Source: Chiloscyllium plagiosum
Taxonomy: Eukaryota
NCBI RefSeq assembly: GCF_004010195.1
Contig: NC_057753.1
Coordinates: 9,428,064-9,492,063 of the forward strand
Direction of reading: 5' to 3'
Length of the DNA stretch: 64,000 nt
Below, piece by piece: positions 11,362-22,847 of this stretch (its first letter is position 1; each line of letters starts with the position of its first letter). The position numbers were made by a program, and so were the translations under genes. The notes under the pieces were generated by a model that was not told the origin of the DNA, searched no databases, and was given only the letters and a program-made list of their open reading frames with translations.

Positions 11362-12230
11362 CTTCTGATATCTGGGAGGTTCACTTCCCCCAATCCCTGG
11401 GGCAATTGCAGTTTCGCACACTTAATAAGGGGGCCACCTATGGTGCCAAATAAGGGAACTAAACCAGCCATTTAACTTCTGAAATGTTTGCCTAGGAAAA
11501 AGCAAAGGGAGCATCTGCCCAGGGTATAATAAGCCAGGAAGAGAATTCATTTTGATAAGAGCCACTCGACCTCACCATGATATCGGAAGGGCCCCCCATC
11601 TTCAAAGATCTTGTTTAATCTTGTCAAACAGGTCGACAAAATTAGCCTTAAATAACTGATCAAAGAGGGGGGGATAACGGAAAGGACTAAGTAAAGAAAA
11701 CCTCTCTGTGCCCACTGAAAAGGAAACCCATCCTCAACTTCAGGTATTCGCCTAAGACACCGCACAGGCAAAGCCTCCAATTTTGAAAAATTAATCTTGT
11801 AACCTGAGAAAGAGCCAAATGAATTGATATGCTATCAATTGGGGCACTGAAACTACGGAGTTCAAGAGAAAAATAAGAACTTCGTATAATGTACTCTTAG
11901 GCACCTTTGATCCCACCTCTGGGCCAACTATATTGGGGTCCCTATAAATAACCTCCGCCAGTGACTCAATCACCAATGTGAAAATTAAAGGTGAAAGGCC
12001 CCAGCCTTGCCGACTAGCCCCGGCCATGTAAACATTACTAGACATTACACTATTGGTGAGAACTGCTGCTAGAGGATCACTGTAAATGCTTCACCCAGAC
12101 TAAACCACTTCAGGGTATAAAAATGATCTCGACACCACCTGGTCAAATGCCTTCTCTGCACCTAAAGAAACCACCAACCCTTGAAATGATCGCTGCTGAA
12201 ACACTTGAATCATGTAAAGCAACCTCCTGG
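11362..12230 (-). mobile_element. Degenerate L1-clade ORF2 (RT) fragment
   Basis: rc motifs AEKAFDQV and SRQGWGLSPLIFTLVIESLA; homologous to 23900-24800. Confidence 0.8.
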
Positions 12231-12345
12231 TTTGGATTGGCCATGCTAAATTACCCATAGTGCCCAGTGATGTGTAGATTCGGGTGGATGCATCGGGAAA
12301 TACATCGTAGGGGGGGTGGGTTTTAGTGTGATGCTCTTTGGAGGC

Positions 12346-12432
12346 CTGAAGAAGGGCTTATGCCCGAAACGTCGATTCTCCTGTTCACTGGATGCTGCCT
12401 GACCTGCGCTTTTCCAGCAACACATTTTCAGC
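12346..12432 (+). mobile_element. PLE terminal-repeat fragment beginning with an intact hammerhead core (12346-12373)
   Basis: CTGAAGA-A-GGGC-TTAT-GCCC-GAAA-CGTC, nested in an old HE1 SINE. Confidence 0.75.
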
Positions 12433-12559
12433 AAATGGTCTGCCCCCACAACTGTAAGGATTCTATGACTCCCTCCAAAAAGGAGCATTTTATTTGCATC
12501 TACCCTGTTAGGCCCCTTTCAGAATTCTACTGGCTTCAATAAGATCAATCCTGGTTCTT

Positions 12560-14220
12560 CATGTCATAGAGTCATATAGCATGGAAACAGACCCTTCGGT
12601 CCAACTCATCCACATCAATCACCAGATTCCCAATCTAAACTTGCTTCCGTTTGGCCTATATCCGTCTAAACCTTTCCATTCATGTACCCATCCAAACGTC
12701 TTTTAAATGTTGTAATTGCACCTGCATCTACCACTTCTGCTGAAAGTTAATTCACTCACAAACCACCCTCTGTAAAAAAAGATGTCCCTCAGGTTCCTTT
12801 TGAATCTATCTCCTCATTTAAAAAAATGCCCCCTAGTTTTGAACTCTTTTCCCCCCACCCCCATCCCAAACTAAGGAAGAGACCTTTGCTATTCACCTTA
12901 CCTACACCCCTCATGAACTTATGAATCTCTAAAAGGCCATCCCCTCAACTTCTATGCTGCAGTGGAAAAAGTCCCAGCCTCTCCCTGTAACTCAAACCCT
13001 CCAGTCCTGGCAACATCATGGTAAATCTTTTCCAAACCCCCTCTAATAGTATTCTTTCGATAACAGGGCGAACATTCTGTTTGAGTACTGTACAAACAGT
13101 ACCCAAGTCAGAGAGATTCAGTGCGCTGACTGTGAAAAGTGCTTCAAACCATTTACTTAGCTTGGGGAATCAAAATCTCACCCCTCACAGTGAGGAAAGA
13201 CTGTACCCATTCTGTTTGAGTACTGTACTCAGTACTCTAAAAGTGGCCTTTGCAACATCCTGGACAACCTCAACATGACATCTCAACTCCTATATTCAAT
13301 GGTGTGAATAATGAAGGGAAGTGTACTCAATGCTTCTTAACCACCCTGTCTACCAGTGATGTAGCTTTTCAAAGAAGTATGTACCTGAACACCAGCTCCC
13401 AGGTGTCTCTGTTCTACAAGACCCAGAGCCCTACAATTAACTGTACAAGTCCTGCCCTTGTTTGTTTTACCAAAATGTAACCCCTCGCTTTTATCCATAC
13501 CCCTCTCATACACACATTCTCTCTCAGACACACACACATGCACAGGCTTATACACTATCACATTCTCACTTTACCAGGCATGCCCACATGCAAACATGCA
13601 CTCGCTTCTGCACACACTCATGTGCAAACTCACATTCGAGTGCACACACACACGTGAGTCTAGGGGTGAATTTGCGTTTAGGGACAGAGTCGTAGAGGTG
13701 TACAGCATGGAAACCTTAGGTCCAATTTGTCCATGCTGACCGGATATCCTTATCTAATCATCCCTCTAAACCCATCCAGATGCCTTTTAAATACTGTAAT
13801 TGTACCAGCCTCTACCACTTCCTATGGACCCTCATTCCATACACGCATCACCCTCTGTGAAAAAGTTGCCCCTCAGGTCCATTTTATATCTTTCCCCTCT
13901 CACCCTAAATCTATGCCCTCTAATTCTGGACTCCCCCACCCCAAGGAAAAGACTTTGTCTACTTATCCAATGCATGCCCCTCATGATTTTATAAACCTCA
14001 ATAAGGTCACCCCTCTGACCCTCCAGCCTATTCACCCTATCCCCACAGCTCAAATTCTCCAACCCTGGCAACATCCTTGTAAATCTTTCTGAACCTTTCA
14101 AGTTTCACAACTTCCTTCCAATAGGAAGGAGACCAGAATTGCATGCAGTATTCCAAACTTGGCCTCACCAATGCCCTGTATAACCTCAACATGACCTCCT
14201 AACTCCTATACCCAATGTAT
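12560..14220 (-). mobile_element. Nested CR1/HER1 3' fragments with a PLE CA-rich piece (about 13480-13680)
   Basis: RGDLIEVYKIMRGM..RGNFFT, and catagagtcat tail repeats. Confidence 0.8.
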
Positions 14221-14270
14221 TCAATGGACCAGATAGCCTTCTCCTGCACTGTAGAGTTTGTATGATCTTT

Positions 14271-14588
14271 TTAGATTAGATTAGATTACTTACAGTGTGG
14301 AAACAGGCCCTTCGGCCCAACAAGTCCACACCGACCCGCCGAAGCGAAACCCACCCATACCCCTACATTTACCCCTTACCTAACACTACGGGCAATTTAG
14401 TATGGCCAATTCACCTAACCTGCACATCTTTGGACTGTGGGAGGAAACCGGAGCACCCGGAGGAAACCCACGCAGACACGGGGAGAACGTGCAAACTCCA
14501 CACAGTCAGTCGCCTGAGTCGGGAATTGAACCCGGGTCTCTGGCGCTGCGAGGCAGCAGTGCTAACCACTGTGCCACCGTGCCGCCCA
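14271..14588 (-). mobile_element. HE1-type V-SINE, young copy
   Basis: Near-identical rc of 38243-38566; (TCTAA)n tail. Confidence 0.92.
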
Positions 14589-15034
14589 CCATCTTATTGT
14601 GTCCCAGTCAATTTTAGTCACTATCTTTGGTGTATGGTGCATCAGGGTGTGATCACTGGTACCAGAATTGCATGCAATACTCCAATGTCCTGTGAAGTGT
14701 ACCGAACACCACCTCCACTATCCTATGTACCTGCGACTCCACTTTCAAGAACTATGAATCTGCCAATGCATCATAAGCATGGAAAACAGACCTTCGGTCC
14801 AATCAGTCTGTGCCAACCATAATCCCAAATTAAACTCGTCTCTCCTGGCTTGTATCCCTCCTAACCTTTCCTATTCATGTATTTATCCAAATGTCTTTTA
14901 ATTGTACTCACATCCTTCATTCCCTCAGGAAGTTCATTCCACACATCAACCACCCTCTGTGTAAAATTAGTATTTGAATGGCAAGGATGGAGTTGAATTG
15001 AAATGGTTCATAAAATAAACAATTTCTACCAAAT

Positions 15035-15500
15035 CCCCTACAGCAGGTATGGAGATGCCAACTCTGGAGTCTCATAAATCGCTGTTTCCATTGAGTGAAG
15101 GGGGAAGTAAAGTGTTGGATTCGCAGAGGAGGAGATTTTCTGAGAGTGTAAAGCTAAACTTAAACCCCATGCTTTGCTTGAATTCAAGCCGCATTGACTT
15201 GGAGGAAAGCAAATGGAGCCTGCAAAGTGTCCTCCCCTCCCCACATGCCAGAACGGCAGGGCAGTGCAGACTCATTGTTCCCCCCACCCCCACATTGTGG
15301 AAGTCACTATGCGGACATAGCCCTGTCAGTTTCAGAGTGAAATCCACTCCCTCGGTGCAAAATCTGGGAGCAAAGCAATCTCTCCCCCTTTTCATTCCTA
15401 ATCCAGGGAAGGATAGAGGGAGGGGGGAGACACTGTTCACTTGTGGCAACTGAAGTGAATCCATGGAGGGAGCAGACTCTGCAAATGGTGCTCAGATCCT
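15035..15500 (+). promoter_or_regulatory. Type-B promoter / exon-1 module of ZNF-3
   Basis: Inverted homolog of 28960-29440 and 45030-45490. ETS site mutated (gcggacat where paralogs have cggaagt). Confidence 0.5.
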
Positions 15501-15734
15501 CTCTGTCATGGAACTCGGCAGTATTTAAGGGACTGGCACATTGATATAAAATGTAGACATATGTTACTTCATATGGTGTCTATCTGATACTATTTGCTGT
15601 TGTAAAAGCTTCATGGCTTTTATTTTTCACCTTCTAATGTCGTAATGGAGTTGCATCCTGTAATTCTTGTCATCTTTATTTACTGGGACAGCAGGAAGTT
15701 ACTTAGCAACTTCAATGGCATTCTTTTCTCAAGA

Positions 15735-15872
15735 AAGCCATGGGAATTTACCACTGCTATACTAACTGCTGTGTACATACCGCCACAAGCAAAGGTTGAG
15801 GAAGCTCTGGATGTGCAGTACTCCATCAGAAACACCCTGGAGAAGGAACACACCAAAGCTCTGTTTATTGTA
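15735..15872 (+). mobile_element. Rex1/Babar-like LINE endonuclease fragment
   Basis: PWEFTTAILTAVYIPPQAKVEEALD..EKEHTKALFIVG. Confidence 0.65.
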
Positions 15873-16052
15873 GGATAGCTAGCTGCATGAGAGTTTTTAG
15901 GTTTGTGTGTCCTGGATAATATGTGATCAGGCATCTGGCATCTACAGGAATTGTCACCTCTGCTACATTCATTAAACTGGACTGACAGTGATTACGTGTT
16001 TTGTGAATTTTTTTTCAGGAAGACCTGCAGAAAGAAATCTGAAAGCAAATCA

Positions 16053-16361
16053 GTGGGTGGCACGGTGGCACAGTGGTTAGCACTGCTGCCTCACAGCGCC
16101 CGAGACCTGGGTTCAATTCCCGCCTCAGGCGACTGACTGTGTGGAGTTTGCACGTTCTCCCCGTGTCTGCGTGGGTTTCCTCCGGGTGCTCCGGTTTCCT
16201 CCCACATCACAAAGATGTGCAGGGCAGGTGAATTGGCCACGCTAAATTGCCCGTAGTGTTAGGTAAGGGGTAAATGTAGGGGTATGGATGGGTTGCGCTT
16301 CAGCAGGTCGGTGTGGACTTGTTGGGCCGAAGGGCCTGTTTCCACACTGTAAGTAATCTAA
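16053..16361 (+). mobile_element. HE1-type V-SINE, young copy, inserted at the start of the ZNF-3 last exon
   Basis: Full head, V-domain and tail. Absent from the inverted paralog at about 44400. Confidence 0.92.
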
Positions 16362-16639
16362 TTCAAATGCTACGTCAACTTGATTCATTGGGACTTGAAA
16401 ATCAGCAGCCATTCTAGTTGAGAAGAAATGTTTGCTTTTGTCTGATTGAGAGATTTTGGCCACTTGTGTTGCAGGAAAAGTACTGAGACACCCAAGTGAG
16501 AGAGATTCAGTGTGCTGTGAAATGTGCTTCACGCCATTTCCTTGGGGATTCAAAATCTCCCCCCTCGCGGTGGGGAGAGACTATGTCCCCGTTCTGTTTG
16601 TAATTCCAAACCCAGAGTGACACAAGGAAAGCTCCCGCC

Positions 16640-16875
16640 ATGGGGAAACTGTGGAAATGTGGGGACTGTGGGAAAGGATTTCCTTCTCCATCGGCACAGG
16701 AAACTCACAGTCCACACCAGAGAGAGGCCGTTCACCTGCTGAAGGCGGGACTAGTTTCAGTCATGTGGGCAATCTACAGAAGCAGTAATGGGTCCACACA
16801 GGAGAGAGGCCGTTCACCCCCTCCTCCCATCTGCGGAGCCACCAGCGAGTTCATGTGCCATCACAGGGGGATTGA
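16640..16875 (+). pseudogene. Degenerate C2H2 ZNF pseudogene (ZNF-3)
   Basis: gccATGg [23 protein letters not shown], then frameshifted ERPFTC remnants; ends cagcgagttcatgtgccatcacagggggattga like ZNF-1. Confidence 0.85.
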
Positions 16876-18574
16876 AGGAGCGATCGCCAAGTGTCATTAT
16901 TGACTGGACTATCAACCCAGTTCTAGGGTCTCCTGGGTTTGAATCCCGCCGCAGCAGATTGTGGAATTGGAATTCGGTCAGAAATCTGGAGTTCAGAATC
17001 TAACGGTGACCTTGAGCTGTTAAAGAAAATACGCTACTTTTCGTTCGCCTTTTTCCTGGGGAGATCTGAAGTTGTAACAAAGTTGGGTTGCCATAAAGGT
17101 TATCTCAACTTACTTGTTGGACTCAGACTCTCATTGAAAACTTGTGGGATCCAAAAGGTTCTAAAGCTGCTGATTTTGTTTAGTCTCCAGCACTAACTTT
17201 CCAATATTGTGTGTCAGAAGGAGCAGCTAGTATTGTTAGAAATTGTAAATTTTTCAGGACTGCAGGTTCATCGTTTCATCACCATTGTAAAGTTTACTAG
17301 CAGTACTGGGAGTTGTGGACTGTGCACACGCAAAACGAGTTGGAGGAGCTGGTGTTGGACTGGTTAGACAAAGTTTAAAAATCACAGCAACAGGTTATAT
17401 TCCAACGGGTTCATTTGGAACCACTAGCTTTTGGATCGCTGCTGCTTCATTGAGTAGCTGTGGAGCAGGATCATAAGACACAGAATTTATAGCAAAAGGT
17501 TGTTTTAGGAATGGGAGTGATGCGGGCCATCCACCGTGGTTCCCCGGTTACCCCTCAGCCCTGCCCACCCCAGTCCGATACCTGACAGACTGAAGCTGCA
17601 GGCAACTCCTGGTACAGCACAGCACAGAGTTCAGCCTCTCCTCCAACTTGTGCTCTGCGCCAGCATGGTTTAAAGATGATTATTTAAGGATGCCCACTTG
17701 GGCACATTGTGACCCACAACTATTCATATAGCACTGTTAATATGATAAACCCTCTCATGAGATATCATAGGAGTAATGCATAAAATTTGACTGAATCACT
17801 CAAGTAGATACGCGAACAGAGAAAAAATCCTGCAGATATCGGGATTCTAACTAAAAGTCATCAACCTGAAGCGTTAACAGGTTTTCACTTTCCAATGATG
17901 CTGCCTGACCTGCAGAGTATTCTTGCTTAGAGACAAAAATAAAAAAATGCAGATGCTTGAATCCAAAATAGACAGGCAGGTGGCTGGCAGAACATAGCAA
18001 ACCAGGCAGCATCAGGAGGTGGAGAACTAGATGTTTTGGGTGTAACCCTTCTACAGGACTGGAATGGGACAGTGCTGCAACAGAGCCAGTGACTCTCGAA
18101 ATCCTGACAAACTCTGTCATCCAAGATTCATTGGGAGAAGCCTCTCAATCACATCTGCAAGTGGAGAAAGCATGTTTAATAATGAGTCATGAAGAAAAGC
18201 TGCATTAATCTTTTATTGTGAAGTTTCACTCATACATCTCAAGAGAGAGCTTATGGACCTGGTCAGAAGCAGCCAAGGGAATTAGAGATGCCAGTGCTGA
18301 AGAAGGATTAATACCCAAAACACTGACTTCTCCACCTCCTGGTGCTGACTGGCATTGCTCTATTCTCCCAGCCTCCTACTTGCCGACTTTGGATTCCAAC
18401 ATCTGCAGTTTTTTTTACTCTAACAAACGGCGCAGCAGACCCGATGGGCTGAATGGCCTGACTTTGCGTTGATGGTTTTGCGTTGAGGTTTGTGCGGATC
18501 AGTTCAGTGGGAACATGCAGTCCCGGGCTCAATGAGCAGCAGTGCCCAGTGGAAGCAAAGTTAGTAGAATCACA

Positions 18575-18910
18575 GAATCTCTAGTGTGGAAACAGGTCCT
18601 TTGGCCCAACAAGTTCAGACCGACCCTCCAAAGAGTAACCCACCCAGACCCGTTCTCCTGACCCACTACCCATTCCCCTATCCTATGTTTACCCTTGAAT
18701 AATGCACCTAACACTATGGGACAATTTAGCTTGGCCAATTCACCTAACCTGCACATTTTTTGTGATTGTGGGAGGAAACCAGAGCACCCGGAGAAAACCC
18801 ACCCAGACACAGGGGGAGAATATGCAAACTCCATGCAGTTGCCCTGAGGATGGGATTGAATCCGGGTCCCTGGTGCTGTGAGGCAACAGTGCTAGCCACT
18901 GTGCCACCGT
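18575..18910 (-). mobile_element. HE1-type V-SINE, older copy
   Basis: rc cacggtggcacagtggctagcactgttgcctcacagc; shared with the paralog at 54125-54480. Confidence 0.85.
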
Positions 18911-18993
18911 GGGGTTGAGGGAGGGTGGGGTGCAGTCCAGCAGGAAACAAAAAAAGCCCACTGACTCTCCAACTGCCAGAATGGGCAGGAGGT

Positions 18994-19485
18994 TCAGTTC
19001 TGGGGGTGACCCACAGCAGCTTCACATGTGGAATCAGATTGTTGGGAGGGCTGGTGTCCCTGCTGCTGCTTGGACCATGTGAACCTCTGCCCGCACTCAG
19101 GGCAGGCGAACAGCCTCTCCCCGGTGTGGACCTGCTGGTGCTTCAGCAAGGTGGAGCGATCGCTAAAGGTTTTCCTGCACTCAGTGCAGCTGAAAGGCCT
19201 CTTCCTTGTGTGGACCCGCTGGTGAGTAAGCAGGGCGTCAGAGCGAGTAAACCTCTTCCCGCACTCGGGGCAGGAGTATGGCCTCTCGCCTGTGTGGACC
19301 CGCTGGTGGCTCAGCAGGTTGGAGGATTTGCTGAAGGCCTTCCAGCACTCAGGGCAGGAGTACAGCCCCTCCGCTGTGTGACTGCGCCGATGAGTCTCCA
19401 GGTCAGATGGGGCATGGACGTCCTTCCGAGAGTCGTCACACTTCCATGGTTTCTCCGCAGGGCGGGATTCCTCTGGTTTCTCCAT
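18994..19485 (-). CDS. Small KRAB-less C2H2 zinc-finger protein (ZNF-2), 163 aa, 3 intact and 2 degenerate fingers
   Basis: Open frame from gccATGg at 19485 (in-frame TGA upstream at 19579-19581). Fingers CPECWKAFSKSSNLLSHQRVH, CPECGKRFTRSDALLTHQRVH, CTECRKTFSDRSTLLKHQQVH. Acceptor ctctctttacag at about 19884. Confidence 0.75.
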   Translation of the reverse strand: MEKPEESRPAEKPWKCDDSRKDVHAPSDLETHRRSHTAEGLYSCPECWKAFSKSSNLLSHQRVHTGERPYSCPECGKRFTRSDALLTHQRVHTRKRPFSCTECRKTFSDRSTLLKHQQVHTGERLFACPECGQRFTWSKQQQGHQPSQQSDSTCEAAVGHPQN

Positions 19486-20371
19486 GGCCGAAGCTTCAGC
19501 TGCACACAAACGTATGTACAGCTGCCCCCTGCCGTGAATTCCTCTTTCCAGGCCGTGTAACTGTTTCGGGCTCCACACTCAGTTCACTGCAACATTAGGG
19601 TCTCTCATCCAGTGCCACTGATGCTGAAAACGTACTGAAACAGAAACAGAAAACCTTTGCTCCTTCTCACAGAATCAGAGTCAAAAATCGTTGCCATACC
19701 GATGGATTGAGTGACGGTCAGACATTGACGTGAAAGTGAGGACTGCAAATGCTGGAGAGTCAGAGTCGTGTGGAAAAGCACAGCAGGTCAGGCAGCATCC
19801 GAGGAGCAGGAGAGTCGATGTTTCGGGCATAAGCCCTTCATCTGTTAATTTTTGAAACTTCTGTCTTCAGATCTTCAAATGCTCTGTAAAGAGAGATTAC
19901 AAAAGTCAACACTGTCAGTGCAGGGTAGAAATTCAGAACAAGCAACTCTACTTTCCGCAGAACATTCTTTTTTTCCACAAAATTGAAAGCACCATCCCGT
20001 TCCCTCTCCCCCTCTGTTCTCACTCCGCTCAAACTAACTCTCCTGAAGGTGCTGATTCAGGATCTTACAGGGGCAGAAAAGCAAAAATGTCAAGACTAAC
20101 ATCTTTGAATTCTTGATAACTCCACCTGAAAATTAATATCCTTTTGTGACATGGGGATGCTGCGGAGCGTGAGCAGGTCTGATAGTGGGAAGCAAAATAA
20201 AAGGTGTCAATTCAGGATGAACAAGAATGCAGCTTCTTGAGAAACCACCAGACAAAATGGTTAACTTTGCCAGGGGTATACGTGGTGGTGGGAATGAGAA
20301 ATCACTGCATTGACACCAACAACCAGAGAGAAACTGACCATACAGACATGGCAAACGTTAGTGGCAAGCCA

Positions 20372-20928
20372 GACTCAGATGTACAGCACAGAAACAGACC
20401 CTTCAGTCCAACTTGTCCATGCTGACCAGATATCCTAACCTAATCTAGCTCCATTTGCCAGCACTTGGCCCATATCCCTCTAAACCCTTCCTATACCCAG
20501 TCAAATGCCTTTTGTACCATCATCCACCACTTCCTCTGGCAGCTCATTCCTTACTTGCACCACCCACTGCATGAAAACGTTGTCCCTTAGGTCTCTTTTA
20601 AATCATCTTCCCCTAACTCAAACTATTACCCTCTAGTTCTGGACTACCCCACCACAGGGGAAATACCTTGTCTATTTACCCTATCCATGCCTCTCATGAT
20701 TTTATAAACATCTACAAGGTCACCCCTCAGCCTCCATGCGTTAGGGAAAACAGCCCGGGCCTATTCAGCCCAAAACCTGACAACATCCTTGTAAATCTTT
20801 TCTGAGCTCTTTCAATTTTGCAACATCCTTCTGATAGGAGGGAGACCAGAACTGCACACAATATTCCAAATGCGGCCTAACCAATGTCCTGCACAGCCAC
20901 AACAGAACCTCCCAAATCCTACATTCAA
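20372..20928 (-). mobile_element. CR1/HER1 3' fragment
   Basis: LVRPHLEYCVQFWSPSYQKDV; shared with 7690-8175 and 56090-56665. Confidence 0.85.
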
Positions 20929-21289
20929 TTAGAGGCTTGGGAAAGTTATCAAAGCCCACAAAAAGCAACTGGGAAATTGAAGGAGGAACAAACTGAACTT
21001 TTAAGGGTCAGATTGGAAGCATCAGTGCCTCGGGTCGGAGGGGGATGGGAATGGGGATGGGGGAAGGAAGCTGAATGTGCTGGAGCCAATGCGGGGGAAG
21101 AGCAGAGGATGCAAAACCGTTGCAGCCGGCTTGATGCTGCAATGAGGAATATGCATGTGCTGTACTTGTACCAGTTGCATTTATTTGTCGAAATCGGGTG
21201 CATTTTACAAATAAAAACAGAAAAAGGTATCAACGCCTCCCCCTTCCCAATCTCTATCCTTCCGTCTCTCTTCACGCAGGTAATTAGAC

Positions 21290-21570
21290 ACATACATGAG
21301 TTTGCAGGGTCTGCTCCCTCCCTGGATTCACTCCAGTTGCTACAAGTGAACAGATCTCTCTCTCTCTCTCTCTCTCCTCCTAGGATGAGGAATTGCCCGG
21401 AGGGAGGGAGTTTCATTCAAACTGACAGGGCCACTTCCGCGTTGTGATGTCAACAATGGATTGAGGGGGCGGGACAGGACAGGGCTGACAGTGGGACCTG
21501 CACTGTGCCTGCTCTGGATGGCCGACTAGCTGGCCCACACTGCGCTGCCCAGAACAGGAAGTGTGCACAC
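21290..21570 (-). promoter_or_regulatory. Type-B promoter / exon 1, probably for ZNF-2
   Basis: rc catcacaacgcggaagtggccctgtcagttt (ETS); GC box gggggcgggac at about 21466; homologous to the other type-B copies. Confidence 0.55.
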
Positions 21571-21592
21571 TTTGCAAGAATCCTTTCCCTTC

Positions 21593-22385
21593 ATAGAATC
21601 CCTACAGTGTGGAAGGCCCAAGGAATCCACACCGACCCTCCGAAGGGTAACCCCACTTCGACCCATTCCCCTACCCCATTAGTTAGGGGTAAATGCAGAG
21701 TAATGCGCCTAACCCACACATCCCTGGACATGATGGGTAATTTAGCATGGCTAATCCACTCTAATCTGCACATCTTTGGACTGTGGGAGGAAACCAGAGC
21801 ACCTGGAGGAAATCCATGCAGACACTGGGAGGGAGAGAATCGGACCTAGATCCCTGGTGCCGTGAGGCAGCAGTGCTAACCACTAAGCCACCGTACCTTC
21901 CTTTTCCACTCCCCCACCAAGTCACGCACCTTGGGTTCAAGCAAAGCACTGTGTTTAACTTTAGCTTCACACTCACCGAACCTTCCTCCAATGTAAAACA
22001 CTTTATTTCCCTCCCCCACACGGTCCACAGGAAATGCAAACAATTCTGAGATTCTGGAACTGGTCGGAATCCCTGCAGTGTGGAAACAGGCCATTCAGCT
22101 CAACAAGTCCAGAATGACACTGAAGAATAACCCATCAACACCCATTCTCCCACCACTCTACATTTACCCCGACTAATGCACTTAGCCTGCACATCCCTGC
22201 AAACTATGGGTCAACTTAAACATCACTGGATGGTGGGAGGAAACTTTAACACACAGAAGAAACTCAAGCAGACACGATGGAGAGAACATGCAAACTCCAC
22301 ACAGACAGTCATCCGAGGCTGGAGTTGAACCCAGGTCCCTGGCGCTGTGAGGCAGCAGTACTAACCAGTGAGCCACTGTACTGCC
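21593..22385 (-). mobile_element. Two old HE1 SINEs (21593-21895 and 22065-22385)
   Basis: gtgaggcagcagtgctaacca heads; both shared with 56862-57660. Confidence 0.8.
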
Positions 22386-22847
22386 CATGCATGCTGAAAG
22401 AAGTGGGAGGTGGGAACATTGTTGGCTGGACCGCACAGTGGATTGTTTTTTTTAAATTTTCTCTTAATAAAAATATATTATAAAAAATAGATTTTTAAAT
22501 ATTACAACAAATACAAAACAATGCAATTCAAAGCAGTACAAAACTAAACCCAAATAATAAAAAAAATTCCCCAACCCAACCTCCTATACGAATGTATAAA
22601 CATATATAGAGAGGTATAAAATTAAAAAAAAAACTAAACTAGCTATTAAACTTCCAGCTCGGCGAACAGAACCACAACAACGAGCACCCGAGCTACAAAT
22701 CTTCACACAAACTTTAGCTATTTAACTAAATAAATACCTAACAACAAACAAATGAATAGTAATAACTCAGCCCAGCCAAACAAAACACTCATACATTCAC
22801 AGTTCCTCCTCCCTGGATATTAGACTCATGAAACACAATTGTTACGG

